From Marsupella aquatica (lineage: Eukaryota; Plantae; Marchantiophyta): 64,000 nt of DNA. Positions within the stretch are counted from its first letter, which is position 1. The number at the start of each line of letters is the position of its first letter. Below are positions 21,811 to 34,768 of this stretch, piece after piece. Below the pieces are notes generated by a model. The model was not told the origin of the DNA, searched no databases, and saw only the letters and a program-made list of their open reading frames with translations. The position numbers were made by a program, and so were the translations under genes. The stretch is from positions 9,549,839-9,613,838 of the forward strand of contig OZ316893.1 in NCBI GenBank assembly GCA_973895155.1, given 5' to 3'.

Positions 21811-24650
21811 GATTGAGTACCCCGTGTCAATCAACTTAAATACAGATCACTTCTCACCGTTAACTGTGAAAAGTGTCATCCGAGTTCGATTAGAAATTCA
21901 GTCTCGAAGTCCACTCAAAACTGTCACCAGTGAACACCCGCATTGTCCGTTCGCAGTTACTGTGCAGTCAGGTTTCGAAAAGTGCACTCTGAGTAAGTGC
22001 AAAACCTGGTTAATTGCGAGGCGTCCTGTTCTCCCCTTTTTTCTGACCATTTGCACCTGTTTAAATGAGACGAGGGATGCATTAAACGACAATTATGAAC
22101 GTGCTAATCTTCTATAAGAATTTATGAACACTTATGGGGTAAGCTAACAATTCCTTCTAGTGTTTGTCATTTCTACATAGCATAAAAACTGCAATAATTA
22201 TGAGGTAGGATCACAGGTTGGGCAGGGATGTACGAATTAGGAATGAAGCCATGAAAGAGTAGATTGACAGGGAGCCTGTTGCACGTAGAGGTAATTTACT
22301 AGAACTGCTCACTTTTGTCATAAATGCACATTCCAAGTGTTTGCACTTATGACATTGTGCAAACCCTGAATAAGTGCACACAAGAGGCTTCTTTTCAGGG
22401 GTGTGTACTTTTCAGGAACCTCAAGAGAGCACTCCTCCTAATTGAGGTGATTCCATCATGGTTCAATGTATCAGGGCAAGGGCACTCCCTCTGTCCACCC
22501 CTGGTGCTCAAGTAGATTAGTAATATATTGATAGACACCCGGTAACTGCTACTACTGTATCCAATTAGTTTGTGGACCCTTAGCTATTTTGCTTAGCAAG
22601 ACTTTAGAAACAAGGGCCACGATGCGCAGCGAGGAGAAAGAGACAAAGGAGATAGAGTGAGACAAAGAGAGGATCAGGTATGAGCCCATTACTACTCGCC
22701 CCTGCATTGTTCCAGCCTGAGAGCTGTAGAGAGCAAATGAATTTGAGAGCAAATGAATTTGAAATTCGAATGGGTGCAGATCTCTAGATCACACCTCTTG
22801 ATCCTAAATGAGTGTCAACTATTTTCTTTGCAATAGTTTGTATTAACCTAAGATTGTAGGAAGGCTTCAATTGATGCAAATATTTGCTCTGACTTTCTCA
22901 ATACTCAATCCAGTACACACCTTAAATCATCACTCTTAATCCTCTACTCTAAGTTCTACTATTTTGGATTTTCCTGGAAAATGAAGCATCTCGAGTGTTC
23001 TCTTTTCCATTCAATACTTTGCCCATAATTATCAATGCATCCTGTGTTCAGTCAACATCTCCATACATGCATGTTCTAGATTGTGAGTTACAATTGTGTA
23101 ATCGTCTCTAAAATTTGACTATTTTTGGAGATGAAAGACACGAGTGTAAAAATTAAAACAATTGGACAAAATTGTATCGTGTGTCAAGTGCGAGTTGAGA
23201 GAAGCTCTAGTTAAGGAACAAAGGAACCAACAAATTCTTTTGCTGAGCCGTGTAATTGAGCGACGCGTTTGGGAATTCAAAAGCAAATAGGACCCAACCT
23301 TCTGATCTTGCTTTGAGTATAGCTCAAAGTGGCATGTCTTCAGAGAACTATTTACAATAATTATGGAGCTCACATAGATTTATTACACTGGTGAATAGAT
23401 CGAGGACTGCTGGGGAAGGTTGGGAGCTGTCGTAACGCTAATTAACCATGGCTCAAGCTTAGAAGACCTCTGGTACTTGAAAATTTGACAATTTTATGGT
23501 GACACAAGCTCAGCCATGGGGATCAATGCATGACCAGTTTTGTGATAAAGTACAGGAATACTTTGAATACTTTCAAGTAATCATTCACAGATTTTGCATT
23601 TACATGGCTTCACAAATTGTGGCCAAGTACGTACAGACTAGTGCTAGTGAGACCGATTTCCCTTGGTTCTTCCTATTTGGTTCTCACAATACTAAACATG
23701 AGCTGCAGTACGTGTCTGAGTGAATACAATGAAAGGGCCGGGCACCTAGAAATTCAAATCTAATTAACTTGGTCTTAAACTTGCTTGGCAAGCTGCTTCA
23801 GATGCCCAGTGACGTCAAACGTTTCTACATCATTCTTGTCAAGGTTGTTGCAACTACTGTACATCAGCAATCAATGGAATTCTGCCTTCTTGTAAATCAT
23901 GGCGCATATTCAAGTTTCAATTAGCCAGTCTTGCTCTGCAACTACCCAGAGAATTTTCACTTTAAAATAGTTTATGTATGCACAATTGCCAAAGGAATCT
24001 GGTCATGATGGCATTTATCAACTTACTGGAGATAAGTTGTCATATGGAGAAGTTACCTTGCCAACTACGGGGCAAGTATATGCCACCCAGTCTTCTTCTT
24101 GTCTTTGCCATCTTTGGATTTACACCCGGGCTCTACCCTGGGACAAACCAACACCAATTGAAGACAAGAAGGATATTACACTAGGTTAGATTATTCTCTG
24201 TAGGTGTTAAAAAGTAGACAAGATTTGGATAGTTATATAACTATTTTCCTTTTAATTTACATTATTAGGGTTTCATTATTGTTCAACACTCATTTATGTA
24301 ATAAGAAAGAAAAACACTCAACAAAAGTAAGTAAAGCGCTTACTTGTTAAAAAAAATCATCTAGTCCTTTGTGTTTTTGTTTTCTTCATGCCTCATTTTT
24401 ATGGGTGTGTCGATCAAGAATTTTCTCCCAAATTGGCGCAAACAAGAAAGCAACAGTTATTTTGATTCCCAAGAAAGACTAAATGTTCATGTTTGTTGCT
24501 CGTCATAAGACATGGCACGCTGTGGTGTCTGGAAGTTTGGAAAGGACCCCTCAGACATGGGGGTCCTTAAATTAATGTGTGACAGTTTAGCATTACTAAC
24601 AATAAGAGGGGAATTGTAGGTTTTTGTTACACCCATTCATGGATACTAGA

Positions 24651-24978
24651 CTCGGGGGGGTCACTTTCACGGAAGTGACACATCACGTGCGACGAAGTAT
24701 AGGCCCATTAAAATGGGTGTGGCGGAAGACTTCCAAAGTTTGGTGGAAGAACACATAGGGCATGTTTTATTGATTGGTCGACTTTAAAGAACACATAGGC
24801 CTATTTAATTGCAAAAAATACTTTCTATAAATTTTTTAGGGGTTTTTTAATAAAAAATGACAAAATTTTAAGAAAGAAAGGGCTTTGCAAAAAAATATTT
24901 TTCACTTTAAAGTTAGGGGGGTCAAACCCTAAAACGTCGCACGCGATGTATGACCCTCCATATAGTGACCCCCCCGAG
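24651..24978 (+). mobile_element. MITE of the CTCGGGGG (P-like) family
   Basis: TIR ctcgggggggtcact...agtgacccccccgag; perfect 8-bp TSD atactaga; ends homologous to those of 44158-53873. Confidence 0.92.
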
Positions 24979-25356
24979 ATACTAGAGCCAAGGATTTTCT
25001 TGCCGAAATTGGGACACCCATGTTCTTTCCATTGGCCAAAAAACCAAACATTTAAAATGGATGAAATATTTTAATTTTGGGTAACACTAAATTTTAAGTG
25101 TTGCAGAGCCAACAATTTTCTTCACCTGAATTAGTGTGAGAAACCTGGGGCAACCTTGCCTTGTCCATGGGTACCAAAATAAAATTAGCCTCCCCCCCAA
25201 TTCACCCACCGTGAAAGAGTAAAATATACTAGAGTAAAATTTCCTAGTCATAGAATTCTCCCAAGGTTTGAATTCCACTCAAAAATCTCCATAAAATACA
25301 CGCAAGGCTTTCTATGTGCAACCTATTTGCAAGATAGTTTCGACTCTGTTTGGGGA

Positions 25357-25610
25357 CTAGGTGATTTCACTTCCACAAATATGGCACATCGTGTGCAAAA
25401 AGGGATATGGTAATATTATTGATTCTATGGGATACTTAAGAATTTTCTCAAAATAACAATAGGTCTTTTTAATCTAATTTCAAGACTTATAAGAAGATTA
25501 GTGTTTTAATCCAATTCAAGAATATTCCAACTTTATAGGGGAGAAAAAAATTTCTTACATTATAGGGGATCTGATGCCTAAAAATGCCGCAGGTGAACAT
25601 GGCCCCCGAG
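25357..25610 (+). mobile_element. Degenerate MITE of the CTCGGGGG family
   Basis: Internal sequence is similar to 58094-58393; right end ggcccccgag; TSD tttgggga/tttaggga (7/8). Confidence 0.75.
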
Positions 25611-27220
25611 TTTAGGGATGGTATTACATGACATAATTCCCCTACTAGCAATTAAAAGATATACACTACTCACCGCCATTAGTCTATGACTGTCACAAAT
25701 AATGTTTCACTGAATTAGTGTTAGTAAGTCTAAATCAAGTGAAGAGGTGTTTTGACAAAAAAATAACAGTAATTGTGGATCATTTGTAACCTTAAATAGT
25801 ATTTGTGGTTGAAAGACTTTTGCATGAATCCATTTTGCCCATTAAAGAATAATGGTGTATTGAATTGCTCTGTTCATTTGTTTGATGAACAAAAATCTTG
25901 ATTGACTCGTCCATTTTGCAACGAGGATTCACAATATTTTGTTTTTCCCCATTTCCCTATTCACCCTAAAATTTAATTTTCTATCACAAATGATGCTTTG
26001 CAGACACAATGAATGAATCTGATCTAACACTTTAATTACTAGTGGCCACATTCTATTTAATGCGTATGTAAATAATGTCATTCCAAAATTAACATTGGTA
26101 AGGCTAAATCTTGAGAAATGCAATTCTTGATCAGTCACCCAGATAGAATTAGTAAGACTAATCACGGTGAAGAGTGTAGAACATACTTGGTAGTGCACCG
26201 AGCCCTCCTTCTATAAAGCTAGAGAAAATGTTGTTGCATGAAGTAACCCGCTAGCAACAAGGTTTATGTTGTAAAGAGGCAAACAATTTTATTAATGAGG
26301 ATGGGCATTTAGGTAACAGAAGTAGGCTTAGTTATATTGGTGTTAGTGTTGAGTTTGAGGAAATGTTAGTTAATTCAAGTCATGATGGACATTATATAGT
26401 ATAGTATATAGCATGCTCATCCTACAACACACGTTTTCATTATTTCTGTCTTGTAGTGATGTGTAGGTGAGTCAATCTCTGTTTGGCTATGGCATGGTAT
26501 TTTTAAAGGTTGCATTGAGAGGGATAAAATACATACAAGAGACTTAGAAGTACAGCACGTGCAAGACAAGAAAGGTCCTCAGGGGTGATCAGAGACGCCG
26601 ACCTGAATGGAATTGTCATTGTTGTAAAGACTTTAACATCATGGACCTGAGTGGATATTCCCTACAATATTCAACACAGGTATGCCTCAGATTTGGTCCT
26701 CTCAGTATATACTCGACAGAACCCACAAATTTTCTGTTCTCTTTGATATTTCAAGTTCCCATAATAGTTGTGAGACTGGAAAAACATTTGTTTGTTAGAT
26801 AGTTTGGGGTGTGCCTTGCTGAAACTGAGGAATTTCTCTCTATATAACTTGCATTGCCAAAACAGAGGAACACCAAACCGGGAGACGTGGTCCCAAAGGC
26901 AAAAAAGACCCACCAAACTGGGAGACATGGTCCCAAAGGCCCAATAATGGGAAGAAAAGGGAAAGACCACAGGAGAACCAAAGGAGGCCCAACAAAAAAC
27001 AGAGTCCCCGACAACAACAAAAACCCCTTACCTAAGAAACAAACAAAGATCTATTAAACCCTACTGGGCGGAATATTGAAAAGCCTGGTTGAGCTTTGGG
27101 GCAAATAGCATAGGAGGGTCATGAAGGGGAATACATCTAGAGGCTCTAAAACCAGCAGCCATGGCTCGACAAAGAGTAGTGAAAATCCTAAGCCCTCTGA
27201 AGTGCCACCAAGGCCATTAT

Positions 27221-27474
27221 GGTGTGCTAGGCGAACCAGGTTTATGAACTCCAACGACGGGAGCCCCTACTTGACTGTCACCTGCGAGGCTGGCTACTCA
27301 GCGGTCTTCGACACAATAAATTCTTGGGACTTGACACATACTCTCTGAATGGGGGTCCCTGGGTTGTAACACACACTGGGATGATCATAGCCAAAATAAT
27401 ATGGTATTGACGCGCAGTTTGTGCGAGCACTTCTGCATGGCTTTGTGCCCATACTGTTGTCCTCCTGCTGCTAA
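27221..27474 (+). pseudogene. 5'-truncated, frameshifted paralog of the secreted protein gene
   Basis: Encodes PYLTVTCEAGYSAVFDTINSWDLT and matches 20639-20890. The signal-peptide region is replaced by unrelated sequence at ~26850-27220; upstream homology at 26620-26850. Confidence 0.85.
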
Positions 27475-28983
27475 GTCCAGATTCTTGAAAAATCTGGGCT
27501 ATTGCAGAGAAAAGGTAGACACAACCTTGCTTACTTCTATACTATGCATTCCACTCGTCCACTCAGTTAGTCTGCGCAGTGAGTTGTGCTATGAGGTCTT
27601 GTTTGACACTTCAATACACCGCTTGCATTGTCCATTTCCCTTTGAGACTTGCCATTACAGCGGCTTTCTCATGGTATCAGTTAGACATCAATCACTCAGG
27701 AAAGAAACATTTGAGGCTGAGCTATAGGGGGGACACTCTTTCTCTTTCTTGTCTTATTCAAATTTCTCACAATATATTTTTTATGTCAATCTGCTCTAAT
27801 CTATATTTGATGAGAATGTTGGACTCTTCAACTACTGTAGGAAACAACTATTCTATATTTGATGCAATGCACAACTTATATGTCCTTGGTTATAAAGTTT
27901 ACAAGGTTTATGGTTTATGTATCAACAGGTGTCACCTAAATAAAGAGCCCCTCCCAATAGAGAAGAAAATTGAAAAGGAACAAAAAAGCATGTACTCCTC
28001 ATTGAATCACAAAGCACTATACCTAAGTACACTGACTAGTACATTCAAATTAATGCAATTTGTATGTTGTTTCACCCTGCAAAGGATTGTGCATCTCTCA
28101 TTTCTAAAAATGTGTGCATGCTTTTCATTAACTTTTCTTAGATTCATTTTTAATATTTGTGCTTCATAAATTATTCAAATTAAAATATCTATTCACATGA
28201 ACTCTTATAGTCATTAACTTAATTTGTTTGGATAAATCAAAATAGGCATGTATTAGGATTAACATGCTATAATAGCAGACCTCATAGACGCAGAAAATGG
28301 TTGTCTTCATTTGAGCTCCCTTCAATCAGAAATTGTCATAATATATATGTACTGTACTTGAAACTCACTCCTCTTGCAATCGTTTGATATAGAAGACAAT
28401 ATATTCAGCTGAAAAGCAAGGGAACCGTGCTTCAGTTTGCGTCAGATGTGATTGAGTCCAGTAAGGTGGCGATAGTAACCAATGTTGGTCACAACTAGTA
28501 CAATGCTGGGGACAAAGGCTGATACTTTGGTTGTAAGCAATATGAATATATGAAACTATTCAGGAGAACAGAATCTAGGAATATCTACTCCAGATGCTCC
28601 TCGAGATGCTCCTCTGTAAATCTTACTCCCTGTCTTTCTCTCTAGACACTCTCATGAAACGAATTGAACACTCTCAACGAAAAGGAGCAAATATGACATA
28701 TGAGCACTGTTGTTCTAGTTGTGCCAATTCTCTTGTGAGAGACTTAAATCAATGAGAATTTCAAATGTCATTTCTTTGTATGAATGCCAAGACTCACACT
28801 ACTTTGGTTTTATCACATCAATTTAGCTAGTCTTTTATAGGTAAATGAATATTGTTTAATCATATATGTTCTCTGGTTTTGCCTACTCTCATATTAGTTT
28901 GAACTTGAATGACCACTGCACTATGATTGAAAAGAACACATATCTATGAAAGTACAGATTATTTGGTGTGTTTCGGTAGAAAG

Positions 28984-31900
28984 TGTTATGTGACAATGGA
29001 GAGACTTGCAACTCGCTGTTGTGTTCCATTATGGGTGTGACTTATATAGTCACCATAGGGTTACATGTTGGGGTTGGTGTTAACCCATGTTACCCCTTCA
29101 GGATAGGGTTAGGGGTTAACCATGGTCTAGAGTAAATGGTTACAACACTTCCCCTTGGAGAGTTTAGGGGTATAAAATCACCACACTACTAACCCTATGT
29201 TTATTTTTGGTGCTGCCCCATTAAAACCTTCTGCTTTCTTCATAAGGAAAAAGGGTTCTAGCCACCATTAGTAGGATTTTCTTAAATTTGCACTAAGGTG
29301 AGTCTACCTTATAATTTGTCCAAATGTAAAGTTTAATTTGGGTCCCCTATTACTAAAACTACTTCCCCTTAGTTTAAATGTGGTGTTTACGATAATAATT
29401 ATTCTATCTTGTATTGGTATGAGAAATCGTATTCTGTCTATGTATACAGGAATGAAAGTTTTAGGTTGCATCGTCGTCGAGTCGGCTGTCGTCTGTCGGC
29501 TCGAGCTGCTCATTCAAACTGTGGAGTTTCTCTCGTTTGTGTGTCGACGGGCGGGCGCAATGTCGACAATCTTGTCATGCCGATCGCTGCTACGTGCTTT
29601 CGATGGAGGCTGGCGGGTAATGGTTTCGTGAATAGATCAGCACAGTTCTCCTGGGAGCTCTTCCAGTGCACATTGATGTGCTGCCCTATCTGTTCATGGG
29701 TAAAGAAAAATTTTGGGTCGATATGCTTCGTGCGGTCTGTCTTCATATATCCTGCATTGATTTGGTCCACGCAAGCTTTGTTATCTTCATGGATAATCGT
29801 CGGTTTGGTGAGTAGTGGCTTACCAGTATTCTTGCGGATGTGGTTTATGATGTTTCGAAGCCATAGCGCTTCTCTTGTTGCTTCGTAAAGAGCTATTACT
29901 TCTGAATGATTGGACGATGTGGTAGTCAAGGTTTGTTTTGTACTGCGCCATGATATTGCTGTGTTGCCTTGTAAGAAGACATAACCAGTCTGAGATTTCG
30001 AGTCATGCGGATCGGATAGATATCCAGCGTCCGCGTATCCTTGCAGTTCATCCGGGTTATCATTGGCGAAATACAGGCCCATATCCATGGAGCCTTGAAG
30101 ATAACGAAATAGTCGTTTGATGCCGTTCCAGTGGCGAATAGTAGGTTGGGCGCTATGTCGTGCCAAGAGACTCACTGCAAATGAAATGTCGGGACGGGTG
30201 TTGTTCGCCAGATAGAGGAGAGCTCCGATTGCAGATAAATAAGGCTTGTCTGCATCAAGAAGTGGTTCATTTTCTTGTCTCCTTCTAAACATATCTTTAG
30301 TGGTGTCCAGGGATCGCATCTCCATGGGAGTCGAGACTGAGTAAGCATTCTGCATGTTAAACTGTCGAAGAATTTTCTTTGTGTAAGTTGATTGACTAAT
30401 AAACATACCTTGTGGCAGGTGGTCGAACTGTAGACCGAGGCAATACGTTGGTTCTCCCAGTTCTTTCATTTCGAAGATGCCCTTCATTGTATTAATAGTC
30501 TGCTTTAATAGCTTGGGGGTGCCGAACAGATTGACGTCATCAACATATAGTGCTAATATCACGAACTCAGGTGCTAGGTGTTTTATAAAAATGCAAGGGG
30601 CGAGGTCGTCATTTATAAAGCCAAGAGTCTGCATCTTAGTTTTGAATGTCTGATACTAGATGCGTCCGCTCTGTTTCAGTCCGTTTATTGATTTAAGGAC
30701 TTGCACAGCAAATGCCTGCTGTCCAGTCCCATATTTACCTGGGTACTGGAGTGGTTCTTTGAGTGTGTTGCCACTGCTCAACACTAGGCCTTTAATGTCA
30801 TCATCAGGGACAATCTGTCGAAGTCCCGACTTCATGTCCTGACTTAGGGTATGTATATTCTTCCCCTGGATGTGCTCTACCACTCTTTCGAGCAATTCCT
30901 TTGGAGCTTTCATATATATTTCGGAGTCTAAGACTCCATATAGGTACGCAGTTACCACGTCCATGAGTATGTTTTTGAGTTTATGCTTTCTTGAAAAAGA
31001 TATTAAGTACCTAAAGGTAGTTACATCCATAACTGGCGAATAGGTTAAATCGTAATCCCTTCCAGGGATTTGGGTGTAGCCTTTCGCTACAAGCCTTGCT
31101 CGATATCTTATGACATTTCCTTGGGCATTGCGTTTTCTAACGAATATAAAACGACTATCTGTATAGTCATTCTTTGGTTGTACAACCTTAACTGGGCCGA
31201 ATACTTGTCTTTTGATTAATGCGTCCATTTCTGTATTGATAGCCTCTCTCCACTGTGGCCAATCGGGCCTTTTCTGTGCTTCTTTGATTGTATAGGGATC
31301 AGGTGTATCATTTGAGATGGATTGGGCTATATGATAAGCAAACTGCTCGTCTATTATTGTGTTTGATTGAGCATAAATGTGTCCTGTGTGTGTGTATTGA
31401 ATAGACATTTCTTCATTATCTGGTGCCCTCTTTTTCTCTGGTTCGATACTGACCAGATTAAATGTGGTTTCAGTATTTACCGTTTGTGCACGTCTCTGGC
31501 GAGGGCGAGAATCAGTGGATCCTAGTGGGCGTCCTCTCTTCGCCTTAGGTAAGGTTTCCTTTGCTTGAGTTGGCAGCAGCTGAATCCGAGCTGGGGTATT
31601 GACTGCTTCAACATGTGATCTGGTCACATTTGCTGCGTCATTGAAAGCGTCAGGAATCTTTTCCAACATTTCGTGGAGATGTAATAAGCGCCTTACCTCC
31701 TCGTCTGCACTTTGAGTTCTTGGATCTTGATTGAGTAGATTTCTGCTATTCCAATTGAGCTGTACTGGTGTTATGTCGTGTGATGTAGTTGGCGCCTTAA
31801 GTAATGAGGGGAAAATTTCCTCATAGAAATGGCAGTCAGCGTGTCTTGCTTTAAATACATCAGCTGTGCTAGGTTCCAGATAGCGGATAATAGACGAGGA

Positions 31901-34768
31901 GTCATGGCCAATATAAATACCTTCTCTCCTCTGTGGGCCAAGTTTGGATCGATGTGGCCCAAGGATGGGTACCATCACTTTACATCCGAATACTCTAATG
32001 TGTGAAAGATCAGGGGGTAAACCGAATGCAAGGTGATGAGGGGTTTTAGTATTAAATGCTGACGGCCGATACTTAAGCAAAGTTGTTGCATGGAGGACAG
32101 CGTGTCCCCATGCTGAAGGTGGTAGTTTAGAGTTCAATAGAAGTGGCCTTGTTATCATTTGAATCCTTTTTATGACTGACTCTACTATGCCGTTCTGGAA
32201 ATGGACGTAAGGAACTGAGTATTCAATGTCGATCCCCGCTGTCATACAGAAGTCGTCAAATGCTCTGGAGGTAAATTCCCCTGCCCCGTCCACTCGCAAT
32301 TTCTTAATTGGACAATCTGGGAATTGTACTCGAAGTTTTAATAAGTTGGCTAAGATTCTGGCAAAGACCAGGTTACGAGTAGAAATTAATGAAACTTGGA
32401 GCCATTTAGTTGAAGAGTCTACAATGGCTAAAAAATATCTGAAAGGCCCACTTGGAGGGTGTATTGGCCCGCAGACATCAGCATTTAGACGTTCCAGGAA
32501 TTTAGGGATAGTATAGATGGTCTTTTGTGTAGCTGGGCGTGTACTCAGCTTCCCCTGAGAACATGCCAGACATTGCTTATGATTTATAGATGGACGCACT
32601 CCTTTAGGGATTCCTCGTGAGTCATTGATGATGCGACGGTACATATTTATTCCCGGGTGCCCCAGTCGACAGTGCCAGAGGTATGTAAGATTATTTGATT
32701 CTGCTGTGGCATAGTTCGCTGTTATTGGGGCTGCATATAAACCCGGGGGTATTAGAGGTAGTATCTCTTTGATTTGAATTCCATCTGTGGTCATGGCTAC
32801 TATTTGCAAAGTAGGTTTCTGCTGGAGCATTGCTGTGCGGAGTTGATAATTATTAGCAACAACGTCTTTGAAGCTAATCAAATTTCGAGTAGCTTTTGGT
32901 GCAAAGATAGCTGCTTCGATGTTAATGACTGTTCCTTGGGGAAATTTGACAGTAGCCTTTCCTGTTCCTTCCTCAATCTTATTCGTACCTGATATGGTTG
33001 TCATTACCCTGGCAGATGGAGTGATGTCTTGGAAATAACTCCTATCTTTTAGGATAGTGTGGGATGTCCCACTATCAATGATACCTAAATTGGGATCGTT
33101 GGAGGAGGGATATGGTGGCTCTGCTGTCACCAGATGAGCTTCAGCGTTGGATTGGTCTATCATATCAGTTTCTTCTCGATAAGATGGTAGCTCCTCTTCC
33201 AATTCCATATAGTTGCCATCTGGATTTTGCTTTAACTTAGCTCTTGCTTCTGAGTGCCTCTTAGCCGCTTGGTCAGAAGCCCAGCAGTCTTTCTTTAGGT
33301 GGCCAATTTTTCCACATCTATAACACATTCGGTCTTCTCGTGTGTTGTCAGATGATTGGGCGTGACCTCTGCCGCGTCCTCTTCCTCTACCCCGGCCACG
33401 GCTTCTGCTGCCTCGACCTCTGGTATTTTCATACTGATTTCCCCTTCCACTATAATTTGAGTTGCGACCTCGTCCTCTATATCCACCTCTTTGTGTACCC
33501 CGGCCTCTTATATTTCATTGTTGGTCTTCTGGGGCATTGTAATTAATTTCTGGTTTCTGTGGTATTGGTGCAGTGCCTGGTGGTCGTTTCCTTGCATTCT
33601 GTAGAGAGACAATTTGTTGTTTCTCCTCTACTAGGAGATGTGCAATTAAGTTAGAATAAGTTGTGAATTGCATATTCCTGTATTGAGTTCCCAAGGCGAT
33701 GTTGGCCTCTGGGAAAGTACTCAACGTTTTATCGATTTTGTCTAAGTCTGCAACTGGGTGGCCACACATCTCCAATTGAGATGTAATACGAAATAGAGAA
33801 CTATTATAATTTGCTATAGAAGTATGATCCATGACACGTAGATTAAACCAATCCCTGCGGGCTTCTGGGAGCCAGACCTCTCGCATATGGTCAAATCGAG
33901 CTTTTAATTTGTCCCATAATAGACGGGGATTAAGATCACTCATATATTGTGTCTTCAGTGATGGTGTCAAATGCTGTCTAAGTAGAAATACAGCTTTGGC
34001 CTTCTGTTGCAATGTTAAATTGTCATCAGTAATTAATGTATCCTCTAGTTGTATTGATGCGAAGTAGGTCTCTACATCTATTGACCAGGTTAAGTAATTA
34101 TTGCCATCTGCCAATAGGGCTGGAAAGTGTAATTTCTCCAGGGTGGCCATAGTATCTCAAATCTGTAACAAATCACTGTCCGCGTTCTGATTAATATCAA
34201 ATCTATGTCGTTCTCAATTACTTCAATCACTCGTGCCTTTTTATCCACGGGATTTTCCTTGGCGATAAAAGAAACTCAGGATTTCCGTGGCGGAACAATA
34301 AGATATAAAAAAATTGAGTCGAATTTGAACGGGAAAACACTATTTCAAAGTGATTCATGCCTCTCCGATAGTGTCACTAATCAATTATATACGGATTGTG
34401 TGTTTTCCGTAAGGATTCGTGGACTATTCAGAGGATCCGAAGTTTAAATTATGGTGTGATTTGAATCGGTGGCAGTTACTGATGTGGGGTGGGGCTAAAA
34501 ACGCAACATTGGAAGTCAATTTCTTTGTCTGAAAGCCGTACTCCAATTATCCTACCTTAACTCCAAACTGAAAAAAAAATTTAGATGCTATCGCGCTGAT
34601 AACGTGTTATGTGACAATGGAGAGACTTGCAACTCGCTGTTGTGTTCCATTATGGGTGTGACTTATATAGTCACCATAGGGTTACATGTTGGGGTTGGTG
34701 TTAACCCATGTTACCCCTTCAGGATAGGGTTAGGGGTTAACCATGGTCTAGAGTAAATGGTTACAACA
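28984..34768 (-). mobile_element. Ty1/Copia LTR retrotransposon, Bianca-like lineage, young
   Basis: 164-bp LTRs at 28984-29147 and 34605-34768, identical by eye (TG...CA). 5-bp TSD gaaag. PBS cgttatcagcgcg (half-tRNA type) at 34592-34604 and PPT ccaaggggaag at 29148-29158. The empty site is visible in the paralog near 21655. Confidence 0.97.
29510..34150 (-). pseudogene. Copia gag-pol polyprotein in one frame with two in-frame stops (33515 TGA, 30656 TAG)
   Basis: Bianca-type gag start MATLEKLHF..NYLTW; CCHC knuckle; protease IIDSGT; WHCRLGHP; integrase D-D-E; RT RARLVAKG and YVDD; RNase H ADAG and ADLFTK. Confidence 0.93.

Noticed and set aside
27579-28169. 196-aa ORF downstream of the pseudogene
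   Set aside because: No recognisable motifs; it overlaps sequence that is non-coding 3' flank in the paralog.
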